Below, piece by piece: positions 17,477 to 20,024 of a stretch of DNA of 20,024 nt. Both the position numbers and the translations under genes were made by a program. The stretch lies in contig JBBIJY010000016.1 of the NCBI GenBank assembly GCA_037445735.1, forward strand, positions 1 through 20,024, written 5' to 3'. Numbering within the stretch: the first letter of the stretch is position 1; every line of letters starts with the position of its first letter. Origin of the DNA: Armatimonadota bacterium (lineage in GTDB: Bacteria; Armatimonadota; Fimbriimonadia; Fimbriimonadales; GBS-DC). The notes beneath the pieces are model-generated. The model saw only the letters and a program-made list of their open reading frames with translations, was not told the DNA's origin and did no database searches.

Positions 17477-18415
17477 ATGCCGCAGGTGGCGTCGGTCGGT
17501 ATCCTCGTTGCCGATGTGGTGGCGTACCCGGTAGGCGCGTATCCAGAGCGCGGTGTGTGCGTGCATGTGCAGCGCATGGAGCTGCATGTCGGCGGCTGCG
17601 CCTCCAACACCGCGCTCGCGCTCGCCAAGCTGGGCATCGAGACGGTGGTGATTGGCAAGGTCGGTGCCGACCCGTTCGGCGATTTCTTGATTCGTGAACT
17701 GCAACGGTACGGCGTGCGCACGGAGGGCATACGCCGCACGCGCGAGGCGGGCACATCCAGCACGATGGTGATGGTTCATCCTGATGGCGAGCGCTCCTTC
17801 ATTCACTATATGGGCGCGAACGCGCTATTCAACCCCGACGACATCGACTGGGGTCTGGTGCAGGGCTGCAGGGTGTTTCATCTGGCGGGCGCCTTCCTGA
17901 TACCCGCGATGGATGGCGAACCTGCCGCACAGGTGCTGCAAAAGGCGCGCTCGCTGGGGCTGATCACATGCCTGGACACCACATGGGATGCCACAGGCGG
18001 CTGGTTGCGCACGCTCCAGCCATGCCTGCCACAACTGGACTACATCGTGCCGAACTATGGTGAGGCATCCCAGTTAACGGGGGAGACAGAACCCGAACGG
18101 ATTGCCGACAGGTTACTGGCGGAAGGCGTGGGCACGGTGGTTATCAAGATGGCAGGTGAGGGCTGCTTCGTCAAGAATCGGGCGACGGCGTTCCGTGTGC
18201 CTGCCTATCCCGTGCCACTGGTGGATGCGCTGGGGGCAGGGGACTGCTTCAGCGCGGGCTTCACCGCAGGGCTGGCGCTGGGATGGGATTTAGAAAGCAC
18301 GGCACGACTGGCAAACGCCGTCGGCGCACTCTGCGTGACGCAGCTGGGTGCAACCACTGGCGTGCGCTCCCTGCAGGACACGCTGGCGTTCATGAAGAGC
18401 CACACGCCTGCGTAA
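17477..18415 (+). CDS. PfkB/ribokinase family carbohydrate kinase
   Basis: GGCASNTA.ALAKLG, GKVGADPFG, PN..EA, and the anion-hole motif VDALGAGDCF; starts 3 nt after the dnaJ stop. Confidence 0.93.
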   Translation: MPQVASVGILVADVVAYPVGAYPERGVCVHVQRMELHVGGCASNTALALAKLGIETVVIGKVGADPFGDFLIRELQRYGVRTEGIRRTREAGTSSTMVMVHPDGERSFIHYMGANALFNPDDIDWGLVQGCRVFHLAGAFLIPAMDGEPAAQVLQKARSLGLITCLDTTWDATGGWLRTLQPCLPQLDYIVPNYGEASQLTGETEPERIADRLLAEGVGTVVIKMAGEGCFVKNRATAFRVPAYPVPLVDALGAGDCFSAGFTAGLALGWDLESTARLANAVGALCVTQLGATTGVRSLQDTLAFMKSHTPA

Positions 18416-18417
18416 GC

Positions 18418-19638
18418 CTACCGATCGATCTCACCCAGCACAATATCGATGCTGCCAATCAGCGCGACCATATCGGCAATCAGGCGTCCCACCGCCATCT
18501 TCTCCAGCGCCTGCAGGTTCATAAAGCTGGGCGCGCGCGTGTGCATGCGGTAGGGGCGGTTGGTGCCGTCGCTCACGAAATAGAATCCCAGCTCGCCTTT
18601 GGGCGACTCGATAGGCACATAGGCTTCGCCCACAGGCGGACGAAAGCCCTCCGTGTGAATCTTGAACCAGTGGATGAGCGACTCCATCGAGTTATCGATG
18701 GCTTCACGCGGTGGGGGCACGATTTTGGGATCCTCCACCCGATAGGGTCCTTCGGGTAAGCCGTCGATGGCTTGCTGAAGAATCTTGAGGCTCTCGCGCA
18801 TCTCCGCCATGCGCACCAGATAGCGGTCGTACACATCGCCGCGCGTGCCCACAGGGATGTTGAAATCGAACTGCTCATAGCCGCTGTAAGGGTTCGATTT
18901 GCGGATGTCCCACGCGAAGCCTGTGGCGCGGATGGTGGGTCCGCTGACACCCAGCGCGAAGCATTCTTCGGTGGTGATGGTGCCGATGCCCATCGTGCGT
19001 TCCCGCCAGATAGGATTTTCAGTGAGGATGCCTTCGATCTCATCCAGGGCGTTCGGCAGCTCTTTAATGAGCTGGTGCAGGCGCACCTCGAAGCCCGGCG
19101 GCATATCGCCGCGCAGCCCGCCCGGGCAAATCCAGCTGGGCATCATGCGCACGCCCGACATCATCTCAAATAAATCTAAAATCTTCTCGCGCTCGCGGAA
19201 GGCATAGAAGAAGATGGTCATCGCGCCCAGATCCATCGCGTGCGTGCCAATCCAGACCAGATGGCTGGCGAGGCGCGACAGCTCCGCCAGAATCACGCGC
19301 AGGTACTGCCCGCGCGGCGGGATTTCGATGCCCAGAATCTTCTCGATGGAAAGCGAGAAGGCGAGATTGTTATTGTTCGCGGAGAGGTAGTCCATGCGGT
19401 CGGTCATCGGCAGCGCCTTGTAATAGGTGAGGTACTCGGCTTCTTTCTCCATGCCAGTGTGGAGGTAGCCGATGACGCACTCGGCTTTCACGATGCGCTC
19501 GCCCTCCAGCTCGCACACCACGCGCAGCACCCCATGCGTGCTGGGATGCTGGGGACCCATGTTGATAATCATCGTGCCCTCTTCGGCACGCTCCACGCTG
19601 GTGGCGACCGCCTGCGACGGAATGAATGGCTGACGCAT
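18418..19638 (-). CDS. nuoD: NADH-quinone oxidoreductase subunit D (49-kDa subunit)
   Basis: NMGPQHPSTHGVLR, GYLHTGMEK, DRMDYL, ESPKGELG, C-terminal DIVLGEIDR; lacks the two CxxC Ni-binding motifs of hydrogenase large subunits. Confidence 0.96.
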   Translation of the reverse strand: MRQPFIPSQAVATSVERAEEGTMIINMGPQHPSTHGVLRVVCELEGERIVKAECVIGYLHTGMEKEAEYLTYYKALPMTDRMDYLSANNNNLAFSLSIEKILGIEIPPRGQYLRVILAELSRLASHLVWIGTHAMDLGAMTIFFYAFREREKILDLFEMMSGVRMMPSWICPGGLRGDMPPGFEVRLHQLIKELPNALDEIEGILTENPIWRERTMGIGTITTEECFALGVSGPTIRATGFAWDIRKSNPYSGYEQFDFNIPVGTRGDVYDRYLVRMAEMRESLKILQQAIDGLPEGPYRVEDPKIVPPPREAIDNSMESLIHWFKIHTEGFRPPVGEAYVPIESPKGELGFYFVSDGTNRPYRMHTRAPSFMNLQALEKMAVGRLIADMVALIGSIDIVLGEIDR

Positions 19639-19644
19639 AGCAAG

Positions 19645-19650
19645 ATTATA
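19645..19650 (-). promoter_or_regulatory. -10 box TATAAT, 6 nt upstream of the nuoD ATG (leaderless architecture)
   Basis: Minus strand reads cgagTATAATcttgctATG; no SD present. Confidence 0.7.
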
Positions 19651-19671
19651 CTCGAAAACCCCACTTCAGGG

Positions 19672-19677
19672 TATCAT
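19672..19677 (+). promoter_or_regulatory. Putative -10 box (GGG-TATCAT) for the divergent ORF
   Basis: gggTATCATgagaccgaaATG: 9 nt to ATG 19687. Confidence 0.5.
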
Positions 19678-19686
19678 GAGACCGAA

Positions 19687-20024
19687 ATGCAGATAGAGAC
19701 CATCGAGGATTTGCTGCGAATCTTGCAGGAGCATCCTGACTGGCGCATGCGGGTACGCGAGGTGCTTCTTACCGAAGAAGAGCGTCAGCTGCCCGCACAA
19801 ATGGCTCAGCTGGTAGCGGCTGTACGCGAGCTAACTCAAGCCCATCGGGAAGGGATTGCACGACTGGAGCTTTTAGAGGCGAGCCACCGGGAGGCGATAG
19901 CTCGCCTGGATCGGCTGGAGCAGAGCCACGAGCGACTGTGGGAAAGCCACCAGGAGCTGGTGCAGAGCCATCAGGCGGCGATAGCGCGCTTAGAGCGACT
20001 GGAGCAGAGCCATCAAGAGCTGGT
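19687..20024 (+). CDS. Coiled-coil protein with SH-heptad repeats; 3'-truncated by the window end and absent from the ORF track
   Basis: Hand translation is open to the end of the window: MQIETIEDLLRILQEHPDWRMRVREVLLTEEERQLPAQMAQLVAAVRELTQAHREGIARLELLEASHREAIARLDRLEQSHERLWESHQELVQSHQAAIARLERLEQSHQEL. Confidence 0.85.
   Translation, partial: MQIETIEDLLRILQEHPDWRMRVREVLLTEEERQLPAQMAQLVAAVRELTQAHREGIARLELLEASHREAIARLDRLEQSHERLWESHQELVQSHQAAIARLERLEQSHQEL

Noticed and set aside
18418..19638. [NiFe]-hydrogenase large subunit
   Set aside because: Both CxxC metal-binding motifs are absent, and the protein ends in the complex I-type GEIDR.
19840..20024. CRISPR array or non-coding tandem repeat
   Set aside because: The units are degenerate multiples of 21 nt that keep one open reading frame and have no unique spacers, so they are coding heptad repeats.

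Overview
High-GC bacterial chromosomal window; no phage, integrase, transposase or CRISPR array is visible. It starts with a 5'-truncated tRNA-Val(GAC) whose CCA end lies 3 nt from the stop codon of a convergent topA. A ~15.5 kb run of mostly overlapping minus-strand genes follows, in transcription order: Wzx flippase, polysaccharide pyruvyl transferase, SAM methyltransferase, CE4-like (DUF2334-type) deacetylase, GT4, Wzy/WaaL-type membrane protein, two more GT4s, N-formyltransferase, DegT/DnrJ aminotransferase, an inserted low-GC MNT-HEPN pair, an initiating phosphoglycosyl transferase, a DUF4380-like protein and topA. A ~400 bp divergent intergenic region holds a BoxC-like palindrome, a consensus TTGACA-16-TATAAT promoter and a hairpin-forming leader ahead of rpoZ-dnaJ-pfkB. 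A stand-alone, apparently leaderless nuoD comes next, divergent from a truncated His-patterned coiled-coil ORF that the ORF track missed. I see no clearly new system. The best leads are the heavily tailored, AATGal-pathway-like glycan locus, the recurrent GG-TANNNT leaderless/short-leader promoters, the rpoZ leader, the orphan nuoD and the His-core coiled coil. All family calls come from motif recognition by eye; no database search was run.
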